Below are positions 40,788 through 53,626 of a stretch of DNA of 64,000 nt, piece after piece (within the stretch, counting starts at the first letter, position 1; every line of letters starts with the position of its first letter). Both the position numbers and the translations under genes were made by a program. The notes under the pieces are model-generated. The model was not told the DNA's origin and did not search any database. It worked only from the letters and a program-made list of their open reading frames with translations. This DNA is from Octopus vulgaris (taxonomy: Eukaryota). The stretch spans positions 25,048,001 through 25,112,000 of the forward strand of contig OX597836.1 of assembly GCA_951406725.2 (NCBI GenBank), written 5' to 3'.

Positions 40788-41122
40788 TCTAGTGCCATGT
40801 AGAAAGCACCTGTTGCTGGTCCCACATAAAAAGCACCCTTGCTGGTGTGCTGTTAAAAACACCTGTGCTGGCGTCATGTGAGAGGCACCTGTGCTGGCTT
40901 CACACAAGAGGCACCTGTGCTGGCACCCTGTAAAAAGTACCTGTGTTGGCACCATGTAAGAGGCACTCGTGCAGGCGTCATGTAAGAGGCACCCATGCTG
41001 GTGCCATGTAAGAGGCGCCTGTACTGGTGTCACACAAAAAGCACCTGTGCTGGTGCCATGTAAAGAACACCTGTGCTCGTATCACATAGAAAGCCCCAGT
41101 ACTGACACCACAGAAATGCACC
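40788..41122. repeat. ~26-bp minisatellite x~13 inside a family D SINE
   Basis: Unit approximately tgtgctggtgccatgtaagaggcacc. Confidence 0.85.
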
Positions 41123-43272
41123 CAGTTCACTCTGTAAAGTGGTTGGTGTCAAGAAGGGGCATCCAGCCATAGAAACTATGTCAAAGCAGACAAATGGAGC
41201 TGGTTGCAGCCCTGGTCAAACTGTCCAACCCATGCCAGCATGGAAGAAGGACTTCAGATGATGATAATGATGATATGAGAGCAAATATATAAATAATGAC
41301 TTTCGAAAATTGCATAATAAATTATATATTGTAATTCTGTAATTAGCGAGTCATTAACCACTGTCAACTTAATTAGGAGTGGTTTTTTGAAAATATTAGT
41401 TTTTAGTTTTTACAAACAATTGAAAAAAGACACTAAAGAGGAATTGGTTGAAACCCAGTGACCTTGCGTAGTGAAAATACTCAAAAGTGGAAGAACAGAC
41501 GTGACTCTGTGGTTTAGAAGCTCATCTTATAACCATGTGGTTTCAAGTTCAGTCCTAATGCATGGTACCTTTGTTGGCCCGGGGCTATTGTACCTTGCAG
41601 TAGGAGCGAACCCAAAACCACGTGGTTGTAAGGCAGGCTTCTTAACCATGTCGCTATGCTTGTAGAAATTAATATTTCATCATCATCATCATCATCATCA
41701 TGTGTTTCCCATGCTGGTGTGCGCTGGATGGGCTGACCAGAGCCAGCAAGGCAGAGGGCTGCACCACATTCCAGTCATCTGTTTCAACTTGGCTTCTTCA
41801 GCTGGATGTCCTTTGTAATGCCAACCCTTTTACAGAGCCGACTGGGTGCTTTTTACATGGCACTGACATTAGATTATTGAATCTGATATACAACACGGCT
41901 GCAGCTGTTTACCATTTCGAAACCCCCTGGGGCAGAAATGTTCCAGTGTTTCTAATCTTTCTTTTCAGTTCAAAATTCAACCAGCCAGATTAAATTAGAT
42001 CTTAAGGTTTTTTTCTTTCTTTTTGGTTACATCTAAACAACAGTGGTTACAGCAGTTATCAAATTCCTTTGTCTTCGCAACAATATTCCATTTTGATTTC
42101 TCTGCTGTTTCTTTGTCCTCATTATTTCTTCTCGTTAAGAATTACTAAATTTTTTCTCTTTTCACTCCCATAGACCACTTCTAAGGTCCATAGTGGCCAA
42201 TCTATTGAAACAGGAAGATCTCAATAACACTTTGCATAAAGGAACCTTTTTCATTTCAGTATAACATTCTTTCTGTTTAGTCACATTTACTTGAATTTTT
42301 AACCCCTTAGCATTTAAACCAGCTAGATCTGGCTCAAATATTCCACCCGGTTTATGTTCAAACTGGCCAGATCACACCTACCCTACAATGTCACTCAAAA
42401 ATAAACAACCACATCATCAAAATCTTGAAGATACAAGATAATGCATAATCAATTCAAACAATGTGAATGTATAAGCATTATATTTGATAAGATAATCTGG
42501 ATGCTACAATTGAGAGCAGTTTTACTCTGCATCATGTACTGAGTAATTTTTTTTACCATTTTGTTGTAAATGTGTGTGTGTGTATGTGTGTGTTGATGTC
42601 TTTGACTTCCCATGGGCCCTCAACTCTTTGATGAAGTGTCTAGAGTGCTATCATAACCTATGAGTGTGTCATGTGTAATTCTAAACCTGATTGAATCCAC
42701 CCCTCTCCAAGTGTCAGCTAATTTCTTCTAGAAGAGAGAAAGATAGAAAGAGTGAAAGAGAGAGTTAAAGAAAGAAAGAAAGGAATTGATTCCTGTATAG
42801 GATGGGTACTTCTTTTATGACCCCTAAAATGATGAAAGGCAAAGTTAACTTTGTCTGGATTTGAACTCGGAGCACAGGGAGCTGGAATGATGACCACAAA
42901 GTAGTCTATCTAATGTGCTACTGCCCCGGCCAATTAGCTACCTGTGTGTCTATTTGAGCATATGTATATGTGTATATATATGTGTATTGATCAGCTTATC
43001 AGATGTTGTTATACCTCACTGGTCCCAGTGCGCTTTGCATCATTTTAACTTTTGAATGATGCCATCCTGCTGGCTAGGGGAATAGGCCAACATTTTTCCA
43101 AATCAGAAGGCTATTCTCTCATAAAGTTACCCATTCACGGTTGAGCAGACTGAAACAGCATGAAATGAAGTGTTTTGCTCAAGAACACAATGCACTGGCC
43201 AGTCTAGGAATTGAACACATGATATAGCAATCGTGAGTACAATGCTCTAACCGCTATGCTATGTGCCTTCAT

Positions 43273-43315
<43 letters not shown>

Positions 43316-45865
43316 CTTCCTATATCTATCTATCCATCCATCCAGACAGACAGACAGAGTGTATTTATGTATAATTACATTGTTATATATTATTCAGTGC
43401 TTTTATATAATATTAAAGTGGGGGGTTTTTTTGTGTGTGTGAGCAGCGCTGGTGGTTGTCCATATAATAAACTATCATTAAGTCACCTAGCAGCAACACT
43501 CATTAATGTGTGATGGAGGCACTTGAAAATTTCTATGAAGTTTCATAGCAACTGTGGTAACGTATAAGGGGAGTGTGCAGCCATACATCAACCATTAACT
43601 GACTTGGAAGTAGATCAACTGTGTGAACATAGCCAGCCCTCCTGACACTTGTTTAGGTCAAAACTTGGGTCTCTTGACATCTGTTAGTGACCTAAATTAG
43701 GATCAACCTTGAGGGCTTTCTCAACTCATTCATGTTTCTCACACAACTGTTTAAACATGGACATGAAATCACGAAGCAAAAACGAATTGTCTGATTCAGC
43801 CACTGCCGCCAGCAGTCATCCTAGTTATTTCTTGGTTAGGTGTTTCAAAACGATGATTTTCAAAGTAAGCAGCTGCTGGTATATAACTACTTTGAAGGCT
43901 CTTCTGTACTTGAAGTTCTGAAGTGCATAGTTGCCAGTAACACTGTGTAATTGTTAATAAGCATTCTAAGAACTGAACGGTTTGTATTATAATAACTAAC
44001 TTCACATCTTATTTTCAATGAGTGATCATCGACATATTTCACTCACATAGTTTCTATCTAACGGCTAAACCCATACATAGCTCTACATCTAATTGTATGT
44101 TTTGTTATCACTAACAGCAGGAGTATTAGCACCTTGTGGAGCTAAGTAAACTCGTGGTCATCCATGCATACAGACTGTGCTGGTGTTAGGAAGGGCATCT
44201 AGCAGTGGAACCCATTCCACAACAGACACCCGGGGTCTGGGCAGCTCTATGGCTGGCCAGCTCCTGTCAAACCATCCAACCCATGCCAGCATGGAAATTG
44301 TATGTTAAACAATGATGATGATGATGATTGACTGTTGTATGAACCAATATTGGAATATGGTCCATTCTCACTTACATAGGGATGGGTGGGTGGGAGCAGG
44401 TGGGGTGTGAGGCTGGGGAGGGCAAAGGGGATGAAGGCGGTGGGGATGGGTTGCTGACAACAAGCATAGCTTCCAATGGTACAAATTCCACAATTTTGGG
44501 CATAGTTTCCCAATTATATAACTGGTACTTATTTTGTTGATCCTGGCTCAGTGGCAGACAAAGACAACCTCAGCAGTGGAGGTTGAACTTAGAGCATAAT
44601 GGATACAGGACCATAACTAAAATATCTGTACGAGCCTGTATATGGCTGTTCAATGTGCTAGAAATAGCAACCAAATTCCTTCAAGAAGCTTACTTTGTAA
44701 CCACATACTTCTGGGTTCAGTTCCACTTCACGGAACCTTGGGCAAGTCTTTTCTTCTACAGTCTCAGGCCAACCAAACATCATGTAAGTGAATTCAGTGG
44801 ACAGAAACTATGTGGAAGCCCATCATACTCTTTTACTCTCTTTTACTCTTTTACTTGTTTCAGTCATTTGACTGCGGCCATGCTGGAGCACTGCCTTTAG
44901 TCGAGCAACTTGACCCCGGGACTTATTCTTTTTGTAAGCCCAGTACTTATTCTATCATATGTGTGTGTGTGTGTGTGTTTGTCTCCCACTATTGCTTGAC
45001 GACCGGTGTTGGTTTGTTTATGTCTCTTGAACTTAGCAGTTCAGCAATGCACAGCAATAGAGTAAGAGTAGGGCTTAAAAAAAAAATATATTTAGTTGGT
45101 GGTGGTGGTGGTGGTGGTGAGATTTGTTGAGCTAAATCATTCAAGGCAGTGCTCCAGCATGGTCATTGTCTAATGACTAAAACAACAACAACAACAACAA
45201 TAATGATATTCTTTATATTGTTATCAAGTGTGTAAATATTTTGACTTCTGTGGAGAATCATTGAAGATAGCGCCAGCCTGGTATGGTGTGTGTGTGTGTG
45301 GGGGGGGTGATGGTGATGGTGGCGTGGGGGATGGTGGTGGTGGCAGGGTGGTAGTGGAGCTGGTAGTGTGGGTAGTGATGGCAGTGGCAGGGTAGTGGTG
45401 GAGATGGTGGTGGTGGTGGGGATGGTGGTGGTGGTGGTGGGTGGGGGAGATGATGGTGTGGGGGGGATAATGGAGATGGTGGTGGTGGTAGTGGAAATGA
45501 TGGTGTGGGGGATGGTAGTGGTGGTGCAAACCACAAAACCCTGCATAGCTATGGCTACATCTGCCTGTCGTCTGTCTGTCTCTCTGTCTGCCTGTCGTCT
45601 GTCTGTCTCTCTGTCTGTCTGTCTGTCTGTTTCCCTCTCATCAGTCTGTCTGTCAAGTAACACAGTCCTGTTAACAAAGGGATGTGGGTTCAACAGCCAC
45701 ACAGCCTTCAACAGCCTTCTTTTTTCTGCAGAGGGCTTATATGCCCCTTTAGTAAACTATTTTCCTTAGCCATTGCCTGGTGATTGCCATAAGCTTTCAG
45801 CTTATATAAAAATACCATTTACAAAACACGGAGCTGTATAATAAACACCATTCACACCAAGAGCA

Positions 45866-45896
<31 letters not shown>

Positions 45897-45951
45897 CTGA
45901 ATAAGGTGGTGCTCCAGCATGGCTGCAGTCAAATGACTGAAACAAGTAAAA

Positions 45952-45986
<35 letters not shown>

Positions 45987-46712
45987 AATCATTTAATGTC
46001 CACCTTCCATGCTGGCACGGATGGGACATATATACACACACACACACACTATATGTATTATATTTTATATAAAAGATACATGGAGTATATTAGACACACC
46101 CCAATTTCATCAATTCATATTCAGGTAAAAACGTTTCCAGTCCATTAAATGAATATTGGCTTATGGGAGGCCAGACTTCACATGTAGGACCTGGTGGTGG
46201 AGGTGGGATGTTTTTTGTGACTTCTTTGGGGGAAAAATGCATCGTAAACTATGATATACACACACACACACACACACATATATGTACATATATACACACA
46301 TATATGTATATACCTTCCACACACATACATACATATACACACACACACACACACATTAGCACAAACATATTTGGGGTGGGCAGGGCTTGAGTATATTATT
46401 TCACTGTATGTTTGTTTATGTGTGTTATATTAATCTATTTTTACATAAATAAAACAAGAAACCAAACAAATGAACCAACCACCAATGGAACTATTTATTC
46501 ATCAATCTGGAAGGCTTGAAGGTCAAACAAGGCAACTAGCTAATAGCAAGTGTCTGTATTTAGTAGTTTAATAAACTAACTTTGTCCTTATTAAAGCTAG
46601 TGTTTGGAAAATAACTTAAAGAGTTGTTACTATATGGGGACAAGTGTAGCTGTCTGGTTAAACCATTTGTTTCACAACCAAATGGTGCTAGGTTTGATCT
46701 GTGTTACATTAT

Positions 46713-46850
46713 GGGCAAACAATTTCTACTTATTGCCTCTGGGACAAATGTCTCCTACCATTGCCTGTGGGACAAATGTCTTCTACCATTGCCTGTGGGA
46801 CAAATGTTTCCTACCATTGCCCCTGGGGCAGTTATCTTCTACCATTGCTT
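46713..46850. repeat. 28-bp tandem repeat derived from a SINE core
   Basis: Unit gggacaaatgtcttctaccattgcctgt, compared with the SINE motif gggcaagtgtcttctactatagc. Confidence 0.8.
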
Positions 46851-47491
46851 ACGGTTGAGCAAAATCTTAAAAGTGAAATTTAGTTAAACTCTGCTTGTTT
46901 CCTTTCCATTCTGTTGTCCAAAAGTTGTCTCTACTTGTTTATTCTTTCACTGTATGGACTTCATATCATAGCCCCAAATAATTCATAATTTGTTGAGCAA
47001 TTTTGTGGAAAAATATTTTGCTAAGACTAATTATGAAGTATCCTGAGAAGCATATATATATATGTGTTCTTTAACTGAACATACATACATACATGTCAGA
47101 CACGTGCTGTCAGTAATTACTCATGGCAGACATTTGGTGACGTTTATGTAGTAAAACACACAAAAGAATAAGCGAAACACAGGCGCTCGACTGAGTTGGA
47201 GGCAGATTTACTTGTGCCTTTATAGCACGTAAAGAAAACGGTGTTGTAGGAATGTATGCAGCATGTGTACTACAGCAGTCCTATGCATTGCTTTAATACT
47301 GAGATTGAAAGGCAGGGGCAAATTATGCCTACCTAATCTACAAAACATAATATATTTTGTATTTTATGCAGAGTAATCAGAGTAACCTTCATAATTTTAT
47401 TGAATTAGGTGCATATTTTGCCAAAAAGGGAAAATGTTATTATCGATCTATTTTATTCAGGGTAGGCACTACCTACCCAGGTGGCACAGCC

Positions 47492-47529
<38 letters not shown>

Positions 47530-47533
<4 letters not shown>

Positions 47534-47979
47534 CCAAATAATATTCTTTAACACATCCTTAAAGATGTGTTAAAGAATTTCTTTGTCTTCTTCTTATTTG
47601 GATTATAATTTACTCTTTGCTGAACCTACATTACAGTGTGATTGTCATAGAACTAGGATTTTCTACACAAAGAATTCTGGCATTGGTCTGGAACCCAACC
47701 GTGTTGATAGCCCAGTATTCAGGTTGAGTGCTTCTCTGGAAGTACCCTACCAGGACCAACCTAAGATATATAACTATATTTCCAACCAGTCACCATGATT
47801 GACTGCTAAGTCCACAAGTTTTTTTTTTCATTTTCTCTCTGTTTATTTCCTTGTGTTCTTTTCTGTTGAATAGTGTAGACTTGAAATGGAAAAGACTTTC
47901 TCACCTTCCAGAGTGTCAAACTAATACACCTGCTTGTTGTTTATACACCTGTCTTCATCTTTTGTTTTTCTGTAAATTT

Positions 47980-47985
<6 letters not shown>
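47530..47985 (+). mobile_element. Probable PLE terminal remnant between (TA)n tracts
   Basis: 47857-47930 matches 7370-7444 in reverse. It has a decayed hammerhead-like motif, and a similar terminus lies at 18918-19022. Confidence 0.45.
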
Positions 47986-48026
<41 letters not shown>

Positions 48027-48036
48027 GCACACACAC

Positions 48037-48244
48037 ATGAGGGGGTGCTGGAAAGTTCTTTTAGGTTAAAGAAAATACTGGAGGATCAATTAATTTATTC
48101 AAGATACTCTCCTCCCAGATTCACACACTTATTGCAGCGGTCCTTCAGTTTTTCTAAGCCCTGTAGAAGAACTTGGAAGGTTTGGCTTCCAACCAGACCT
48201 TTTGCGATGCCCTTATAGTTAGGAACTTTTCAGCAAGCACTCGT
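48037..48244. mobile_element. Mariner-like MITE
   Basis: Imperfect TIRs gagggggtgctggaaagttc / gaacttttcagcaagcactc. Confidence 0.65.
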
Positions 48245-48661
48245 GTGTGTGTGTGTGTGTGCATAAACATACACATAGTCTCACACACACTCTCTCCCTC
48301 CCCACCCCACTGCCTCGCTTGTAATAACATCAGAAGAACTGAGGTGTTCACAGTTGTTTACTTTGAGTTCTACATTGCTCCTGATTCCAAACTACATTCT
48401 CTCTGCATTAAATAAACATACGCACAGAACTTTCAGATACAACTATGAGAATTTGGTCATGGCAAGGCTTATTAAAATTAATTATAATTCTTGTATAAAT
48501 AAATAATGTATTTTGTGTAAGTGAAAGAGAGATAAAGATGGAAGCAGAATGAAAGTATGAAAAAGTTGAGTGAAAAGAAAGAGGAAATAGAAGTACACAT
48601 AATATAAGAGAAAGAAGTGAAAGGGGACATTGTATCTGAGAGTGTGTGTGTGTATATATAT

Positions 48662-49375
48662 ATATCTGTAAATGTAATATGTGACAATTATTTGGTAGCC
48701 ATGATAAAACTCTGAGTTTCGGATGCCAGGGTGGAAATCCACGCCACCATCTCTTCAGTTATCCGGCCATCGGAAAAAATGCTATGAAAATACTAATACT
48801 GTCAAGAGCCATGATAGTACTAGGATGTTAATTGGTTAAGTGCCCTGAAAGTGACTTGTTGTGGATGGTAGTAGTGACTGAATTCTTGAGACATCTCTTT
48901 TGAATGTATTGTTTATAAAATTTGCATAGGTGTTATTCTGAACAGCAATAGTGGTAAAGTTAGGATGGAGGTAGTGGAGAGGATGAAAACGAAGAAGACG
49001 GAGAAAGATAAAGGAGAATAAGAAAGGAATAAAGAGAGTTTCTTTACTAATTCGTTGGCTACAGGTTCTATCATCCTTGAATTGGTAGAGGGGAAGAATT
49101 CTGAAGCTTGGATTTTTGTTATTGGCGCAAATGTCGATGTGTTGGCTGAATGCTATTTTTTTGTTTTGGGGAATTTTGATCTGGGATCTGTGCAGAGCCA
49201 TTCTTTTACGTAGACTGTTTTTTGTTTGGCCTATGTATTGCTCTTGACACCCAGAGCAAGTTAGTGCATATATCAGGTTCTCCAAAGCACATGTGAAACT
49301 GCTTTTCACTGTGAAATTTTGTCCGTTTGAAGGAGAACTCTGATCCCTCAATTAAATAAGGTTTTTTTAATTTGC
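48662..49375 (-). mobile_element. Penelope-like retroelement 3' fragment (Neptune-like GIY-YIG endonuclease plus pLTR with hammerhead)
   Basis: ORF 48836-49351 contains FTCALENLIYALTCSGCQEQYIGQTKNSLRKRMALH...FSQH...RISKETLFI, a GIY-YIG domain with the CCHH pattern of PLEs. TA repeats flank both ends. Confidence 0.85.
48703..48763 (-). ncRNA. Minimal type-I hammerhead ribozyme, canonical core
   Basis: Minus strand: GATAA-CTGAAGA-gatg...catcc-GAAA-CTCAGAG-T-T-TTATC. Stem I is GATAA/TTATC, stem III is near-palindromic, and the triplet is GUU. Confidence 0.75.
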
Positions 49376-49439
49376 TATATATATGATGATGATTGGTTCT
49401 CTTGTTGTGAACAACTGAGAGTTCAGTAAAATAAAGTAT

Positions 49440-49620
49440 TAATCATGTTCTGTGGACACGAACGAGTCTCTTGAGGCTTGCTGGTACCTTGCAAACCTTT
49501 TGGCAAATGGAACAAGTTGAGCACTCAGTTTCTTTGAGTGCTTGTGAATCATTCACTATGTGTTTTCTTGAGTGGACTGCAAGTCCTGATTTGCTTTGTA
49601 CCATAGAACCACTTTGACAG
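49440..49620 (+). other. Candidate non-coding upstream exon (5' boundary unknown)
   Basis: Donor CAG|GTGAGG at 49620/49621 is followed by a 216-nt very AT-rich intron-like segment that ends at the 49836 acceptor. Confidence 0.5.
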
Positions 49621-49836
49621 GTGAGGTATATATAAACGAACATATTTAGTTTAAAAGTATGTTTTCTAAAAATATTTGTCATGCCCTGAAAAGGAGAAAA
49701 TTTTAAAAACCTTTAAAAATGAAAGTATTGAAAAAATTTGTATGAAAATTAAAAAATTCTATTTTATTTAAGTTAAAAACAAATTTTTTGTGATAATTAA
49801 TATTTATGTTTGTTCTCTTTTCTTTCTAATCTGCAG

Positions 49837-50097
49837 GTTGAGGAATAAAGCAAATGACGAGATGATGATATCTTCCAATACAGATATGGGACAAAATGAT
49901 GCTATTTCTTGGTGTTTGCAAGACCCTCTACTTTCATTGATGTATGTCCCTTCTTTAAATAAGGACAAGAATATATGTACATATAATGACAAACCCAATC
50001 CTGCTTTTGCACTGCCACCCTTTTATACACAGGAAGTCATCTTGGGTGTAAAATTGATTTGGAAGTCTTCTACGTTGAGTCTTGGGCATTGTTGAAG
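49837..50097 (+). other. 5'-UTR part of the large neurabin exon, containing uORFs
   Basis: Lies between the strong acceptor (AG at 49835-49836) and the ATG at 50098. It contains several upstream ATGs. Confidence 0.65.
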
Positions 50098-52034
50098 ATG
50101 GCTAATCCTATAAGCAGTGCAAGAGAAGAAGTTGTGGCTGCCAGCCGGTCACGAAGTGGAAGTAATAGCGGTAGTATACATAGAGCTGACTTGCGATCGT
50201 CTTCACCTGAAGACTTTGCTTGCCAGCAGCAGTTTCAAAATTTGAAATCTTCATTTGAAGATTTAGCTTCTGAACGATCGAGGAACAGAAATCGGTGCGG
50301 GACTAACGTAAGTAAATTAAAAAACATATTTAATTCTGCAAAGAGTGAAGAAAAGATACAAACGTCTCATGGTTTTGCTTCGGAGGTATCTCCGGAATAT
50401 ATGCAGAAGAGAAGCGTAGATGGCTCGGGAGTGAAACCGAAAGAATCTTCCCCCACAAAAACCTCTCCATTGCTGAAAGCATCAAATCATGTTCAACGGT
50501 TCAACAGCACGCGTGCTATGTTTGCCAAACTTGAAGAAGAGACTCGTATTGCAAAAGAACGGTCTCGAAAAGTTGGCGGCAGAAGCAGAAACTTGAGTAT
50601 CACTTCTCCAATCTGGTCACCAACTTCTAGTTCTTCCGCAAGTCCAGAAAATCGAAAGCGGTCACCATCCCAAGAATCGCTTGGTTCATCACAGGGGGAT
50701 TCATCGTTGAAATCAAAACTGAATGACACACATTCGAGTTCAGACTCAAAGCTTTCGAAATGTAACGCTAAAGTAGATAATAATTTGAAGTCTTCTGTGA
50801 AGGATCAATTTCTGCGGCCGAGAGGTTGTAGCGACCCAAACTTAATGATTAAAGATTCTGTCTCTCAGCCAAACTACAACATTCCTGATTCAGAATCAAC
50901 AATCGTAAAATCAGTTGCAAGTGCAGAGTCTGCAGCTGCACTGGTTAAAAACTCAATAACTACAGGTAGCCCAACTGTGCACACAAGCTTGAAAAGTCCA
51001 GCTGGGTCCCTGAATGATAAGAATGAACTATGTAACGTTTCCGGAAATCTTCTCTGGAAGAGAAAACAAATGAAGCGAGCAGTGTTGCTTGATTTGGACC
51101 AGTGTAAAGTGACAAGTTTAAATGTAGATAAAAATAGAGATTATTCCTCACAAAAATCTTTAAACGACAATCTTGATAGTCCTGAGAGCTCCGTTGAGGA
51201 AACGCGAACATTTTCAACACCAGATTCATCTGTCAGCTATCCACATAGTGATAACAGTGCAGCATGTTCGACAGAAGATATCCCAGCGGGCATGTTGTCG
51301 AGGGATTTTCAAGATGAAGAGAATGAATTTAGTAGTTATGGACTTTTAGAAGAAATTGAATCAGATTTATCATCAAGGGGTACTCAGCTTCTATTGCATA
51401 GCAGCCATGGAATTAAAAAAGATGCTGATGAAATTCAAATGGAAGAAGAATTTCATCAATTTAATCAGCTTCATCAGGTTCCAAGAGTGTCTGATGGTCT
51501 CAATGATGGCATTAACGACATTGATAAGTTGAGTGAGGTGTCGAGCTCTGATGTTACTTCGTCTTATCGCAATAGTGTCATTGAAATGACCTCTCCCCAA
51601 ATTGAAGACAGCCCAACTGGAGCACACAAGGAATTTTTAACCACAGAAAACAGAGTACAATTTCCAAAAGTAATGCCTTCACCCACAAATACTTGTGTAA
51701 ATGTGCCAGTTGTGTCCCCACCGGTTCCTCCACCGCGAAAATCTATTCCAAAATCCCCTGAAAACAAGGACCTTATGTTTATTTCAAAAACTGTGAGTGG
51801 CTGTCCTGTGTCTGCAGACAATCTGTCCTCAAAATATTCCGACCTTCAAGGAACCAACGGAGAGGTTGCAAAGTCCGCCCACCCTCCGATGGAATACACT
51901 AGTTATGAGGCTGAAGATGAAGAAAGTTCATCGCAGGCTTTATCAGAAAAGGATATTTTATTTCAAATAACAGATGAACATACCCCAGTCGAGGCTATGA
52001 CTCCCGATGAACAAGATAAACTACTCAGTCGAGA
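50098..52034 (+). CDS. PPP1R9A: First large coding exon of a neurabin/spinophilin homolog (PP1 regulatory subunit 9 family), N-terminal F-actin-binding region
   Basis: Long non-repetitive ORF. LRSSSP..QFQNLKSSFE..GTNVSKLKNIF resembles the neurabin N-terminus as recalled (LRSASP..EFQALKSTFD..GSNVNRIKNLF). HVQRFNSTRAMFAKLE and EAMTPDEQDKLLS resemble invertebrate spinophilin motifs. Acceptor tctttctaatctgcag| precedes 49837. Donor GA|GTAAGT follows 52034 (phase 2), so the ORF-track stop at 52036-52038 is intronic. The symbol is family-level only, and A versus B orthology is not resolvable. Confidence 0.85.
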
Positions 52035-52929
52035 GTAAGTAAAATAAGTTTTCTCTTTTTATTGTTTATAAACATATCTTGATGGCAGAACTGATAGTGT
52101 GCCAGACAAAATACCTTGTGGTGTTTAATTACATCTCTTCATAATCTGAGTTCAAATTTTGCCAGTAAAGACTTTGTTTTAATCATTCTTGCAAAATTTG
52201 TATAAAAGATTTTGAGAGATTGTGAGTCTGATATTTGTATCAAGATGGAAGGTTTGGTAGTTGTGTGTTGCTTTTGTATAAGGAAGGAGTCTGTAGTGCA
52301 GGAATATTTGGCTGCTATGTTTAGCAAGTCAATAGCCTACATAAGAAGTTGCTTCATCTGAAGGTAAGTTTATCGATGCTAGAGGTACGATGGCATTTTG
52401 CCATGTAAAGTAATTCCTTTTGATGATCACTTAGTTTACACAATGTCTAAATTTGAATACCCATCCAACCAGTTTATGTTAAGGTGGGGAATATTGAACT
52501 TGTATTGACAATCTTTGCTTGTGATTTACATGTCGGAACAACATCAATTAATGATCTTCTTTTAATTTGTTGGGCAAATGGCCACTTCTAGTCCAGGCAA
52601 TTGGCCATTTATATATGCTTGTCTTTTATTTTGTCTGTTTAATTATCTGTAGCAACTTAATTGCTAAATTCCACGTATAAAAAAGAAATAAATACTTTAT
52701 TTATTCTTTATAAATGGTCAATTATTTGACTTTTTGTACTAACAGAATTTAATAGCAAGAGGATGTGGATGAATGGCTGAGGTATTCAACTGCCAACTTG
52801 TAGTTTGTGAGTTCAAACCAGGAACAGGCATTCTAATTTGTGTTTCTTGACAAAACAGCATTATTATTCACCTTGCTCCACATATAGCTGGTGAGGAATG
52901 GAGATAGGCTCATGATAGCATTATATATA

Positions 52930-53626
52930 GGATGCAGTGAATAAACTGTTGTCTAATTTATACAAAAATGAAAAAAACACTGACATCTCATTTTAACTGA
53001 TATATTTACCAAAATTGCATAAAAATATCTTGAAATACTAAAGAATAAATTTATTCAATAAAATCTCCATTGGATTCAACCACAGTCTCCAGACAACTTC
53101 GGAATCTCCTGCAACTCTTCTGGACAGTCTCCTTGTTTAAGTTGGTGAATGCTGCCATAATCCTTGCCTTCAGTTCATCTTTGGTGTTACAAGGCATTTT
53201 GTTGGTCTCTTGTTCAACTGTGTCCCACACATAATAATCAAAGGGGTTGCAGTTTGGGGAGTCGGGAGTTAGTGGCTAGATGTTAGTGGTTAGGGGTGAT
53301 GTGGTTGCAGAAATTGTCTGACAGCCATGACTAGGTTCTCCTGCTCGTGTAGGATGGTGCAGAGTCCTTTTGCCAGACATAGGGTGTTCCAGCAGCCACC
53401 TTTTGACCCAGAGCAAGACTACCTCTTCTAGGCACTTGATGTGGGCCTCCATGTTGAGTCTGAGGCTGTGTGGGAAGTTGAATGGAGGCATAACATCACC
53501 ATCACTAGTGATCAGTTCTAACACTGTGATGTTGACTTGATGTTTGATTTTTATGACTCTTGGTACATGTTTTGGGGACATCTGATCATGGCAGAAATTT
53601 TTCTTGTCTGAGAAAAACCAAAGCAT
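52930..53626 (-). mobile_element. Tc1/mariner transposase remnant, maT (DD37D)-like
   Basis: Frameshifted motifs WFFSDKK, ITSDGDVMPP, YVWQKDSAP and SPNCNPFDYYVW. It is truncated by the SINE at 53627. The D-D spacing was not counted exactly. Confidence 0.85.

Noticed and set aside
50059-50097. ORF-track start at 50059 and stop at 52038
   Set aside because: 50059 is a TTG, so the eukaryotic start is ATG 50098. The TAA lies within the GTAAGT splice donor.
52358-52370. AAG|GTAAGT donor downstream of the large exon
   Set aside because: No convincing paired acceptor, and it lies in decayed repeat sequence.
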